From the NCBI RefSeq assembly GCF_964194155.1, contig NC_135882.1:25482001-25546000 (forward strand): DNA of 64,000 nt, written 5' to 3'. Position 1 is the stretch's first letter. Each line of letters begins with the position of its first letter. The position numbers were made by a program, and so were the translations under genes. The notes beneath the pieces were generated by a model. That model was not told the DNA's origin. It made no database searches and saw nothing but the letters and a program-made list of their open reading frames with translations. The DNA comes from Cetorhinus maximus (Eukaryota). Positions 1 through 10,959 of this stretch are shown piece after piece.

Positions 1-700
1 CAGCATTGTACCTCTCCTCAGAACGGCTCTGATGGTGACACGCTGGTGTTATCAGCCAGTGTTTCAGTGGGAACCCCTTACCCCCAAGCAGACATCCCTG
101 CAGATGTAATGGCCCCTCGAAAATCTCAGGCACCTGGGAGTGACTCAGGGTCTAGGAGTCATGGCAGCTCCCAGGGTATCATGCACAAATGTGCAGGATG
201 TGCTTCCAGTGGTCACACACCAGTTGTACATTGATGGAATGATAGCCCTTGCGGTTTATAAACATTAGGGCCTGCTGCCATGGAGCCCATATAGCCACAT
301 GGGTGCAGTCTATTGCACCCTGCACTTTTGGGAAGCCTGAGATGGCGGTGAAGCTGGTGAATCTCACAGCCTGGCTATCTTCGTCTAGAACAAACCTGAC
401 AAAATGATGGCTTTCCTGTAAAGGGCATCTGTGACCTCCTTTATGCATCGATGTGTTGCAGACAAAGAGATGCTGCACAGGTTGCCTGTTGATCCTTGGA
501 AAGAACCAGAGGCCAAGAAATTGTGGTTACCTTCAAAGCCACTGGCACGGGATACCCTCCAACTACATGCGGATCAGGCCTTCTTTAAGAATGTGGTATA
601 TGTGATGTACCAGAGCTCTGAATAATCGCAGATGTGCACGGCATTGCCTCTCACTCATTTGTAAAAAGGAGACTCTTCTGCGATAAACCCAAGGTCTGGC
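1..700 (-). pseudogene. Harbinger (HARBI1-like) DDE transposase remnant
   Basis: ORF 179-478 reads GFPKVQGAIDCTHVAI...FINRKGYHSINVQLVCD; continues through stops and frameshifts as YPGSCHDS, GFPLKP and ERRYNA. Confidence 0.9.
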
Positions 701-2534
701 AGGTCACCCCGGTTGTCTGGGTTTCTCCTCCTGACCCATCTGTTCATGCTCTGGCTCCGCTTGACCACATCCCTCCTGCTGGAGCTGTGCACGGAGTCAC
801 CTCCCCATCCTTTGCCTCCTCCATTGCGTTAGGACCCTGACAAAGGCAGCATTGAGCCCTGGATCTCTATGTGCTCTTGCCTTATCTCTGAAAAGAAACA
901 TTGAAGACATTAATTGTTATGTATTGAATGTCTTCTTGAGCTTGGCACCCGGGCATTGTGGGGTCACAGAGTCCATGTTTGTTTTGGTTAATTCAATTAA
1001 TGCAGTAGAATAAAAAGCTGCACTGTTCAACTGCTTCTGTGAACATTGGTCTATTAAAATATAATAATGATTCAAGGTGCAAGAAAGTGAAGCTCAGAAG
1101 ATGATACGTTTGGAAACTGTAAGGGTCCATAGTTTTTCCTGTCCTACTTGCATGGTGGCTGATGCCACCTTGTCCCTGAGACACTAGCACACACATTGAG
1201 GTGACTAAGATGGCATCGCAGATATGTATCATCTTGAGCCCTGCGTGGGATGCTAAAGTTTCAGTGAGATGAGTGACCCAACCTAGCTCTGTGCCCCAAT
1301 CTCTGATGTGGCATATTAATGACCAAATAGTTGACCAATCAATGAGTGGATGCCCTTTGGCATACTTGGAGTGTCAATTCTGGTGAACATGTGACAGGCC
1401 TTAATTGATGGAATGCCTTATATGATACAGCTTGTCTTGTTTTTTTGTTTCAATGATGCACACAGGCCATCGACATTGTAGCTGAGCTAACTTTATTGAT
1501 AACACATTTTCCTAACATGAACACATATCTGCACTAACTGAATTCTATCAATACAGGTTTCAACATGTGTTATATGACCTTCAACCCCCCCAGGTCAGGT
1601 GACCCCATATTTAGTACACAGTACCATATAGTATCTAACACTGGAATCCACTAACACAATCAACTACTATCATGACACAGCTGTGCCTCCTTCACTATTG
1701 CTTGCTTTCCCAAATTCTACATTCCTATGTGTTACTCTTGAGATGCAGTGACTGTGATGTGAAGCCACTGAGTTCTGAGTAGCCCTTTAACAGTGCTACT
1801 GAAGCCATTGGCTTTCAATGGCTTTCATCGCAAGAAGGTCTTCCTCCTTTCTTTCTAAGCAGATTCCTGCTCACTCTGGTGCAACAAGACCTCAGAGGGT
1901 GACCCCAGCAAGGCTGCTTCTTGTGTTTGCCCTTCCCCTTCACTGCCATTCCACAGCCTTCCCTCCACATTACCCCCTTCATGTTCATCAACCCCATCCT
2001 CACCTCACAGCCCACCGCGGTTGAAATGCTAGCTTCTGAAAGTGGAGGCCTGCATGAGTACCACAGCACAGTGGTGTTCCTCAGGACAATGTAGGCAAAA
2101 GCAGGAGCAGACCAACCTTAAAGCCCCAGCAGGGTGGCATTCATCGGAACAAGACTGACACAGCGCTATGGCTGGTAGGTTATGTATGTTCCACTCACCT
2201 CGAAGATACCAGCGAACTGAGGTCTGACTTGTGCACGCCATCCCTTTTCAAACAGATTTGCAGCCAAAAGAAATTCTTGCTGGTGTGACACAAGATTGGA
2301 AGACCTGGCAAGATTTCAGCGAGCAGCTTTTTCAATGATCATTCATGACGTGTTAATGAATGTAAATGACATTCACGCCACTAGTTGGCGGGATACCCAG
2401 CCCGCCATAAACACATCATCGGGAGAACTGCAACCTATTTTTCTGATGACGGATTTGTGACTTTTTGCCTTTCGCTGTATTCTCCGCTCCCACCCGCCAC
2501 AAAACCCACCACAGGACATGCGAGAATTCAACCC
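1..2534 (-). mobile_element. PIF/Harbinger DNA transposon, decayed, runs off the window start
   Basis: Terminal GAGAATTCAACCC at 2522-2534 (reverse complement GGGTTGAATTCTC) resembles other Harbinger-type ends in this window; HARBI1-like transposase remnant on the minus strand at 1-700. Confidence 0.8.
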
Positions 2535-3749
2535 TTTGTCTTCTCGCATGAAGACAGTATGCACAATAATAAAGACACTTTAATTAACATGAACTAAAGT
2601 CTCACTTTTTTTTGCATAACCACTTCCAGAAACATTGACTTATATTCAGCTTTGTAAAGAGAAAATATTTTAGAAGAAATAAGGAGTGGTTAAAATCACA
2701 GTAGTCTTGCTTCTCCAGGCCCCCAAAATTAATTCAGTACTTACCTTTGTTGGGTCATCGCACATGTTACATGGGTCATCATGCTCGTATCAAGACCTGC
2801 ATGGATTTTCAAGGCCGAATGGCCTCCTTCTGTGCTGTAATCAATCTATAATTCTATGATCCATCTGTTAACAAGATTCTTTTTATGGAATTCAGTCAAA
2901 ATGCTATGATTTTTAAGATGTAGTTCTAAATGAAACATCAATTACCTGTTTGCTTTTCATGTAACCAGTAAGATTAATTCCATACACCTAAATTGATCCT
3001 GTTAGATTAACATTGATGCTACCTTTGGGACTAAATGCAGTTTTGTTTATCATGAAACCAGGAAAATAATAGGCAAAGGTTTAATCTTTTTTATCTATGC
3101 AGTAGTTACATAAGGATTTGGAAACATGCTCAAGCCTTATGGATTCTGCAAGCAGTAGAAACAAAGCTGCAATGTTTAAAGGTCATCAGTTAGGGGAAAG
3201 CTGCCTCTTAATGAGATAAAGAACTATTAAGGAAGAACTCAGTTCAATTAGAAGATGCTAAAGTTCAGTACTTCACTCAATAATAATCTTCGGACATGCT
3301 TGGAGCACCATTCTAGAGAACATTAGTTTAAAATACAGGAATTTTCCACAAAGGTGACAAAATGCCTCTTTCCTGTAATAGCCTCTGAAAAAAAAATTAA
3401 TGCTTGATTAAAGAAGAAACCGTCTCCCTCAAAATACAATAAATTCAAAGGGGTAGAGTTTATTCTTCAGGCGTAATCAGCAATTCAGGTACAAACTGCA
3501 TTCACAATTGCGCTAGTTTTCCAAAGTGACATTGCGGTTCAAATTTCCACTTGAACCTATTTGCACAATCACAGACATAAAACCTTCCATTGAACCAGAG
3601 CAATTGGGCAATGTTTTAAAGTGTAAGTGTTTATTGTTTTTGCTTGCATTTTAAAAAAAAATCCTTGGTGTATTTACAAGTAGCCTGGTGCAATCAAATT
3701 TCATATACCTGAAAATGGGTTTATCAGAAAAAATAAGCATTTTAACAAG

Positions 3750-4675
3750 TGTCACGACTCACTGGGGATAGTGCTCTGTAATATCAAGCCCTACTGTTCC
3801 CCGAGCCACGACAAATGCGAAAAGTTTGACCAAACCACCAGATTGCCCCAATTCTCCCTGTTTAATTTAGGTTAACAGAATACAAGCACAAGTTTGTAAA
3901 CTTAATAAGTAAATAACTGTTTATTGAATAAATTGTCTTTAGCTAGTGGCAAAAGAAATAAATATGAACTTCAAACTTCTAACACTATAACTTAAACTCT
4001 ACACAATTCTTAAACCCCTACACACACACACACACACACACACACATAAGACACACAAAACATGAATTTTAAGGGTGGGATAGAACAGTTCAATAGCACC
4101 AATTCTGGATTACGGGATTCGATGGGTTGATTTTGATCGATGCCTTCCAAATTCCTTTCAGTTCTTGTTGATGACACGAGGTGGTCTTCTAGCACTTTCA
4201 ATCTGTAGTTCACTGGTTGAGCACTTGCCTTTCAATGTCTCTAACAGTGACTTCCCCTTTTCCTCTTGACAGGGGTTTTCAGAGAGAGAGCAGGTTATAG
4301 AGATATGAGGAGGAAAAAAAAAACAGCTAGCTATTATTGTGGAGTTACTGGAATCTTCCACACACAAGGGACAGAGGTTTTAGGTTTTGTTCCTTTCAGG
4401 CTAGGAGCTATTGTGCAGCACTCACACAAAATCTGGTCACCTGGTCAGGACCCAATCAAAATGCTGCTGTCAGACAGCTCCCTTTGTCCAGGACTCCTCT
4501 TCAGCACCATCCTGTCTATCATGGCACACTCTGTTCCAGGACTGCAACATCATCCTGTTCCAGTGGGCATGTCTTTCAACTGCAGCCATTGTAATTTTAC
4601 CACAATCCAACAGAAAATAAAAAGATATGTCCTTTACAACAGTCCAACAGAAATGAAAAGATATGTTCCTTACAG
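3750..4675 (-). mobile_element. Probable solo LTR
   Basis: Starts TGTCACGA like the element at 49105; TTTATT (minus-strand polyA signal) near 3920; candidate end TTACA near 4675; flanks CAAG and GAAG differ at one base; right boundary uncertain. Confidence 0.45.
4020..4046. repeat. (CA)n microsatellite
   Basis: Directly visible. Confidence 0.97.
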
Positions 4676-4676
4676 A
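4603..4676. repeat. Imperfect tandem duplication, about 37 bp x2
   Basis: CAATCCAACAGAAAATAAAAAGATATGTCCTTTACAA followed by CAGTCCAACAGAAATGAAAAGATATGTTCCTTACAG. Confidence 0.85.
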
Positions 4677-5644
4677 AGACTGTTGAGTTCACCACTTGCA
4701 AGTAGCCTGACTTGAGAAAAACCTATAGGGGTGTGCTTAGTTTTGTAGATGGGGCTATCTACCCGCACAATGTAATTTAGACTGATGTGAAAAATTGTGG
4801 AATTTTGATTTATGCTGGACCTAACTGGCTCCTGAAATTCTTTGATCCTTTACTCTGATATGGCTGACGTTGGGGACATTGTGCTGTTAAAACCAATGTA
4901 AACTAGCGATAAATCTACCCGAAATACTTCAAAGAAGACAATGATCTTTAAGAGGAGGTAAAGTCCAATATGCCCATTGAACCTGCCACCTTTTCAATGG
5001 ATGAAAGTAGCTTCTCACCATAGCCCTCAATTTAATTTCTCTCCAGCAATTAATTGTCTCTTGAACAATTTATATTGTCCACTTCAGTGCCCTTCCCTCA
5101 TAATTTATTCCATAATTCTGTTCACTTTTTCTGATGTCTCAACCCTAATTTGATTATTTTAATTTCATGGCTGGGACTTAGTGCTTGTCAGTTCATAACA
5201 TTCTCCCAGTTAAATTAAATGGATGAAAAATTGTTGGCCAGAAAGAGCAGAAACAGAAGGCCCAACCAATTATCCAACCCTCCTTCTCCTGCTCCAAAAG
5301 TAGTGAGGTGAAGGCACTTTGCCTTCTTACTGAGACTGCCCTCACCTGGTTTCAGCTGTCAAGTTTCCAGAGATCTCGAAAACCTTGTCACCAAATGTAA
5401 AATGTGCAAAGTTGATTTAATCAGAGGCCCATTATATATTTAAGTTCTCAACTCGCCTCCTGGGAGCGGATTGGCACCTCGCCTCTTGTCCTGTCTGGTA
5501 AAACCTGGAAGTGGACAGAAGGGGACATGCAACAAGAAAACAATTAAACACGCACACCACTGGGACAATAATTCATTCAGGCGCGCTCTGCCCAAATGTA
5601 GTTCTTCATTTCTGCTGATGTTTCATCCTGAGCTACTTCCTTGG

Positions 5645-5805
5645 GTATTTTTTTTTCCCTCAGTGGTGGTTTTGCCATTGCCTTCCACTCTCAGGTCAGG
5701 CAAGGAGGCAGGTGCCAAATCTATCTCAGCCAGAACAGGAATCAAATCCATGCTGTTGGTAGTATTCTGAACCACACACCAGCCATTTAGGCAACTGAGC
5801 TGGCT
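5645..5805 (-). mobile_element. Old tRNA-derived SINE fragment
   Basis: Minus strand AGCTCAGTTG (A-box-like) ... GATTTGATTCC (B-box-like); related copy at about 54760-54856. Confidence 0.55.
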
Positions 5806-5908
5806 AGTCCCTTAATTCACTTTAATAAATCGTGTAATTGTTTTATGATTATGTATACAATAAAGGCCCTGAATTTCCAATGGCATTGGAGGGTAGAGTA
5901 TCAATAGA

Positions 5909-6357
5909 TCTAAAACAAAAACAGAATTACCTGGAAAAACTCAGCAGGTCTGGCAGCATCGGCGGAGAGGAAAAGAGTTGACGTTTCGAGTCCTCATGAC
6001 CCTTCAGCAGAACTGAGTATAGTTAGGAGAGGGGTGAAATATAAGCTGGTTTAAGGCAGGGGGGGGGTGGGGGGTGGGGGAGAGAGAAGTTGGGGGGGGG
6101 TGTGGTTGTAGGGACAAGCAAGCAGTGATAGGAGCAGATGATCAAAAGATGTCACAGACAAAAGGAACAAAGGGGTGTTGAAGGTGGTGATATTATCTAA
6201 GAAAATGTGCTAATTAAGAATGGATGGCAGGACACTCAAGGTACAGCTCTAGTGGGAACTTTGTTCTTCTCCGCCGATGCTGCCAGACCTGCTGAGTTTT
6301 TCCAGGTAATTCTGTTTTTGTTTTGGATTTCCAGCATCCGCAGTAGTTTTTTGTTTT
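5909..6357. mobile_element. Penelope-derived fold-back element with 10-bp TSD
   Basis: Long inverted arms (AAAACAAAAACAGAATTACCTGGAAAAACTCAGCAGGTCTGGCAGCATCGGCGGAGA and its reverse complement at about 6270-6324); TATCAATAGA at 5899-5908 and 6358-6367; similar to the Penelope end at 9320. Confidence 0.8.
5975..6015 (-). ncRNA. Degenerate minimal type I hammerhead ribozyme motif (Penelope pLTR)
   Basis: Minus strand reads AGUU-CUGcUGA-A-GGGUC-augag-GACUC-GAAA-CG-UC-AACU; stems I and II pair; one core substitution relative to CUGANGA. Confidence 0.6.
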
Positions 6358-7048
6358 TATCAATAGACCTATCTGTGAATGTTCTTTGGTGTTGGGTCAG
6401 AATCTAGGGATTAGACTGCAATCACAGGCTCTGTGCTACATTTGATTACTGTTACAATTTTACTAGAAGTGAGGGAGTGGGGAACAATTGCATTTGCTCT
6501 ATCACAAGTTTGGCCATGCAAGTGAAATGTTGAGCGCTGGATGATGTTATCCAATTCAAACTTCACTATTTTCACCCTAGCATCAAACCATCTAAGACAT
6601 TGCAATATAAAACTGGGGTATTTGGAAATGGCAGCTGAGAACAAATTTTAGTTTGATCCTCTCCATTCTGGTAAGCTGTTGCCATAGGCATTGCTTGGTT
6701 TGGGGCATGAAGGAACTAGGTCCTAATAATACTTTCTAGCGTTTTGCAGAAAACAAAGAGGGTAGGAAAGTATGTGTTTTCACTGTGGAAGCTGTGCTGT
6801 TTATTCACGTATTTTATGTAAATAAGCCAGTTATTGAGCTGAACATGCCTGTCTCAATGGAGTGCTTTTCAGCCTGTATTCAGTAAAGGTGAAGGAGAAA
6901 TCATGTAATGGCACAGATCTTTCAATAGTTGTTCTACAGAATAAGGTTTCTGTGCCTTATACATATTATCAAATGTATTTTTCTTGTCAATGTCATTTTT
7001 GAAAAAGCTTCAAGAGCTTAATCATGATCGCCTTTTGTCGAACTCAAG

Positions 7049-7744
7049 GGGGAGAATTTTCTTCCCATCAGGTGGGCTGGTTGGGACCGGGCAAGGGCGG
7101 TTGCAGAGCCGATCGCCACCTGCAATTGGCTGAGCGCCATTTTATGTGGGTGGGCCTTAATTGGCCTGCCCAGTGTGACGTGCACCCAGAAGTGCTCAGT
7201 GCTACCTGTGCGGCCGGGGGGAGGAGGTAGAGTTGGGGCCTGCGCTCTTTCGCGTATGTGCGCAAAAGAGCGAAGAAATCTCCCTGAGGCACGGAGCTGC
7301 CTCAGGAAGATTAACTTAAGTTTTAAACATGGAAAAAAAAAATATTCAGACATGTCCGCTCATGTGACAGTGTCACATGAGCTGGGACATGTTTATGAAT
7401 TTTCATTAAAATTTCTCTTTAATAAGTGAAACCTTCATGAAACCTCATCCCAATCCGTGGATGAGGTTTCATGAAAAATGCGAAGGCCACCTGGGCACTT
7501 GGCCTGCCCGCCAACCTTAAGGTTGGACGGGCAGCTTTTCTAATAGGCTTAGTTAGCTCATTAATGGCCTTAACGAGCCTTTGACAGTTCGGCGGGCGCA
7601 CAGCCGACTCTGCTGCACGCCCGCTGAAAGGAAGATCAAAATGTCGCATGGTGACGTTGGGTCGCACGCCTGGCGTCGCCGCATGTCATTTTATGCGTCG
7701 GCTTGCGGGGCCTGCCCCCGCACACCAAACAGAAGATTCTGCCC
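7049..7744 (+). mobile_element. Harbinger-type MITE, apparently complete, 696 bp
   Basis: TIRs GGGGAGAATTTTC and GAAGATTCTGCCC; 3-bp TSD AAG at 7046-7048 and 7745-7747; homologous copies at 8165, 14222 and 47007. Confidence 0.88.
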
Positions 7745-7754
7745 AAGGTTTAGG

Positions 7755-7992
7755 ATCACAGATCGCAGAATGGTTACAGCACAGGAGGAGGCTCTTCTGC
7801 CTGTCATGCCTGTGCTGGCTGTCAATAGGAGCAATTTACCTAGTGCCACTCCCCCACCTTCTACCTGTAGCCCTGCACATTCTTCCTTTTTAGTTAAGAA
7901 TCCAATGCCCTCTTGAATGCCTCAATTGAACCTGCCTCCACCACACCCTCAGGTACTGCTTTCCAGATCCTAACCACTCGCTGTGTGGAAAA
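7755..7992 (-). mobile_element. CR1 LINE 3' fragment
   Basis: CR1-type tail (ACAGCACAGGAGGAGGC) and TTCCAGATCCTAACCACTCGCTG, which is the reverse complement of the RVVRIW motif at the ORF2 end. Confidence 0.7.
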
Positions 7993-8164
7993 GCCTGATC
8001 AGGCTGCTTTGTCCTCTCCCCAACTTCTGCTTTCACAGTTTTTCAAACATTCCCAGCTGTCGGTGTTCATTTGGCACTTGCTGCATCTCCATTTCCTCAA
8101 CTTTCAATTTTGTCCTTTTCGAGGGTGGCACGATGACATCTCAACCTGCGCTTGATATGGCTCT

Positions 8165-8511
8165 GACTGTAGTGGGTTGGGGGGCTGGTCGGGAGTGTGC
8201 TGTTTCGCACATGCTCCCAAAAGAGCGCAGAAATCTGCCTGATTCACAGAGCTTCTATGAAAAATACAAAGGCCGCTTGGGCTCTTCGCCTGCCCGCCAA
8301 CATTAAGGTTGGGTGGGCAGCTCCATTAATTATTTTAATTGTTGGTTAAATGACCTTAATAGGCCTTTGTCAGTTTGGCGGGGGTGCAGCTGAGTTGGCT
8401 GCACGCCTGCCGAACTGAAAATCTAAATGACACGCGGGACGGTTGGAACGTATGCCCGACATCACCCCGCATCATTTTACGCCTCCCGCTCACCGAGCCA
8501 AAGATTGTCCC
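8165..8511 (+). mobile_element. Internally deleted copy of the same Harbinger-type MITE
   Basis: Shares AAAAGAGCGCAGAAATCT, GCCTGCCCGCCAAC and CTGAAAATCTAAATGAC; right end AAAGATTGTCCC. Confidence 0.75.
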
Positions 8512-8962
8512 CTGGGTTTCTTTCTTTTCTTTTTCCGATGTTGGTATTATTTAAATCTTTCACTGTGCACAAGTGTTTTCACTTTGTTGGCCTCACCATG
8601 TCAACCCAAGTATATTACATGCAATTTCCATGTCCATATTACCTTCACCAAAAAGAAGTTCAACAAGAGTGTAACCGTTATCGAAATTATACTAACTTCC
8701 CAGCTCCGCTTTAAACATATTCATGAGCTTGTTCTTTTCAAATTAGTGCATCTATTTTGAGCTTCCATAGAGACAAGATTGTGTCTACAATTTATGTAAT
8801 GCAACTGAAACTTCCTAAAAGTATTAACCAAATCAAAGAAAAAGGCATAGAATAGTAATTATAATACAATATAATTTAGTCTGAGAGTTACAACTATCAT
8901 TTTCTATTGTGCCAGGAGGTAATAATTGCCACAACTTTGGTTGTTCTATTCTTACTTTAGAG

Positions 8963-9316
8963 GAGACGGTGGCATAGTGGTAATTTCACTGGACTAGTAA
9001 ACTAGAGGTCCAGGTTAATGCTCCTAGGACCATGGGTTCAAATCCCAGCTGGTGGAATTTCAATTCAATTAACACATAAAAACCTGGATGTGAAAGCCAG
9101 TCTCATGAAGTTACAATTGGTTGTTGTAAAAATCCATTGGGTTCACTGTCCTCTTTGAAGGAAGGAAATCTGCTGCCCTTATCTGGTCTGGCCTTTATGT
9201 GACTCCAGGCCCACAGAGATGTGGTTGAATCTTAAGTGCCACTCAGTTCAAGGGCAATTCGAGATGGGCAACAAATACTGGCTATGCCAGTGACACTCAG
9301 AACCCATGAAAAATTA
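8963..9316 (+). mobile_element. tRNA-derived SINE with a LINE-derived 3' tail
   Basis: A-box TGGCATAGTGG and B-box GGTTCAAATCC; tail GGGCAATT..GATGGGCAACAAAT..CTGGC matches the 3' end of the LINE at 18978 and 61562. Confidence 0.85.
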
Positions 9317-9317
9317 G

Positions 9318-10605
9318 AATAAAAGCAAAATACTGTGGTTGCTGGAAATCTGAAATAAAAAGAGGAAATACTGGAAAAACTCAGCAGGCCTGGCAGCATT
9401 TGTGGAGAGATAAACAGAGTTTGTGATGGATGTGATGGATTTTGTACTGTTTCAGATGGGGTGGAGCAAAACAGAAGATCAGTGACAGTGTCATGAACAC
9501 AAGACAAAGAGAGTGTTAACAATAGTGTTAAAGACTAAAGAAGGTGCTGATAGTGGCATAAAGGTAAGATAGCAGAACGTGTTAATAACAGAACAAGGGT
9601 CAGCACTTTGTGAAAGCAAAATATAAGAACAAGTGACAGATGGCCTTGTTGTCAGGGTGGGGGGGTGCATTGGGAAAAAATAATTACATTAAAAAAGAGT
9701 CAAGGTGGAAGCCAGTGTTCAAGCCCTGAAGTTGTTGAACCCAATGTTAAGTCTGGAAGTGCATAATCGGAAGATGGGGTGCTGTTCCTCCAGTTTGCGT
9801 TGGGCTTCATTGGAACATTGCATCAGGCTAAGGATGGACATGTGGGCATGAAAGCAGGACAGTGAGTTGAAATGGCAAGTGACAGGAAGGTGTGAATCAT
9901 GCTTGCAGACTGGGCAAAGGTGTTCTGCAAAGCAGTCGCTCAGTCTGCGTTTAGTCTCCCCAATGTAGAGGAGACCACATTAGGAGCAGTGAGTACAGTA
10001 GACAAAATTGTAGGAGGTTCAAGTGAAGTGCTGCTTTACCTGGAAGGAGTGCTTGGGGCCTTCGGTGGTGAGGAGGGAGGAGGTAAAGGGGCACCTCCTA
10101 TGATTGCATGGGAAGGTGCCGTGGGAAGGGGCTGAGGAACTAGGGGTGATGAAGGAGTGGACGAGAGTGTCGCAAAGGGAACAGTCCCTGCGGAGTGCTG
10201 ACGAGGGGAAATGTGTTTTGTGGTGGCATTTACTGGAGTTCGTGGAAATGGCAGAAGATGATCCTTTGAATGCAGAGGCTAGTGGGGTGAAAAGTGAGAA
10301 CAAGGGGGACCCTATCATGGTGCTGGGAGGGAGGGGAAGGGATGAGGGATGGGGGCAATGGATCGGACACGGCTGAGGGCCCTGCCAACCACAGTAGGGG
10401 GAACCCTCGGTTCAGGAAAAAGGAAGACATGTCAGAAGCACTGTTTTGGAAAGTAGCATCATCGGAACAGATGCATTGGAGACAGAGGAACTGGGAGAAT
10501 GGGATGGAGTATGGAGTCCTTACAGGAAGCAGGGTGTGAGGAACTCTATTGGAGGTAGCTGTGGGAGTCGATGGGCTTGTAATGAATATTGGTAGACAGC
10601 CCAGT
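9318..10605 (-). mobile_element. Penelope-like retroelement 3' fragment (RT C-terminus, GIY-YIG endonuclease, pLTR)
   Basis: Minus-strand peptides SIPFSQFLCLQCICSDD, RVPLVLTFHP, GPKHSFQVKQHFT, then CSxCGLLYIGETKRRLSDCFAEH (GIY-YIG); frameshifted. Confidence 0.9.
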
Positions 10606-10959
10606 GCCAAAAATAGATCTTTATTTAAAAAACCGGTTTGTTTGCTGAAACCTAAAACAAGACCTAGCAGAATGTTATTCTCTGAGCCTCCACACATAAG
10701 AGAGCATGAGATAGAATTAATAGCTGAAATAATCGTTTAGGGACTCTGCTTATTATTTTGGGAATGCTGCAATGTTTTACTGATAGTCCAAAATATGAAA
10801 ATTGAAAATATTGGGAGTAAAATGAGTAAAAGACAAGCAAAAATTAACATTCACTCTCCTGGATCTGTGCTGACTGTCCTTTAATAAGTTATAAGTTCAT
10901 AGTGGCCAGGGCACAGGTTGTGTTTTCTGGCCACTGTGGGGTGTCGTAGAAAGGTAAAT

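Larger units (their letters stand above)
3450..4921. mobile_element. Harbinger-like MITE interrupted by an LTR-like insertion
   Basis: Imperfect TIRs GGGGTAGAGTTTAT (3450) and GATAAATCTACCCG (4921), flanked by AAA on both sides. Confidence 0.5.

Noticed and set aside
179-478. Host HARBI1 gene
   Set aside because: Stops and frameshifts, a transposon-like terminus nearby and multiple divergent copies indicate transposon remnants, not the domesticated gene
4266-4715. 149-aa ORF as a protein-coding gene
   Set aside because: Lies in an LTR-like insert, includes a tandem duplication and shows no recognisable domain
8968-9050. tRNA gene
   Set aside because: A and B boxes are present but there is no cloverleaf, and the sequence continues into a SINE body
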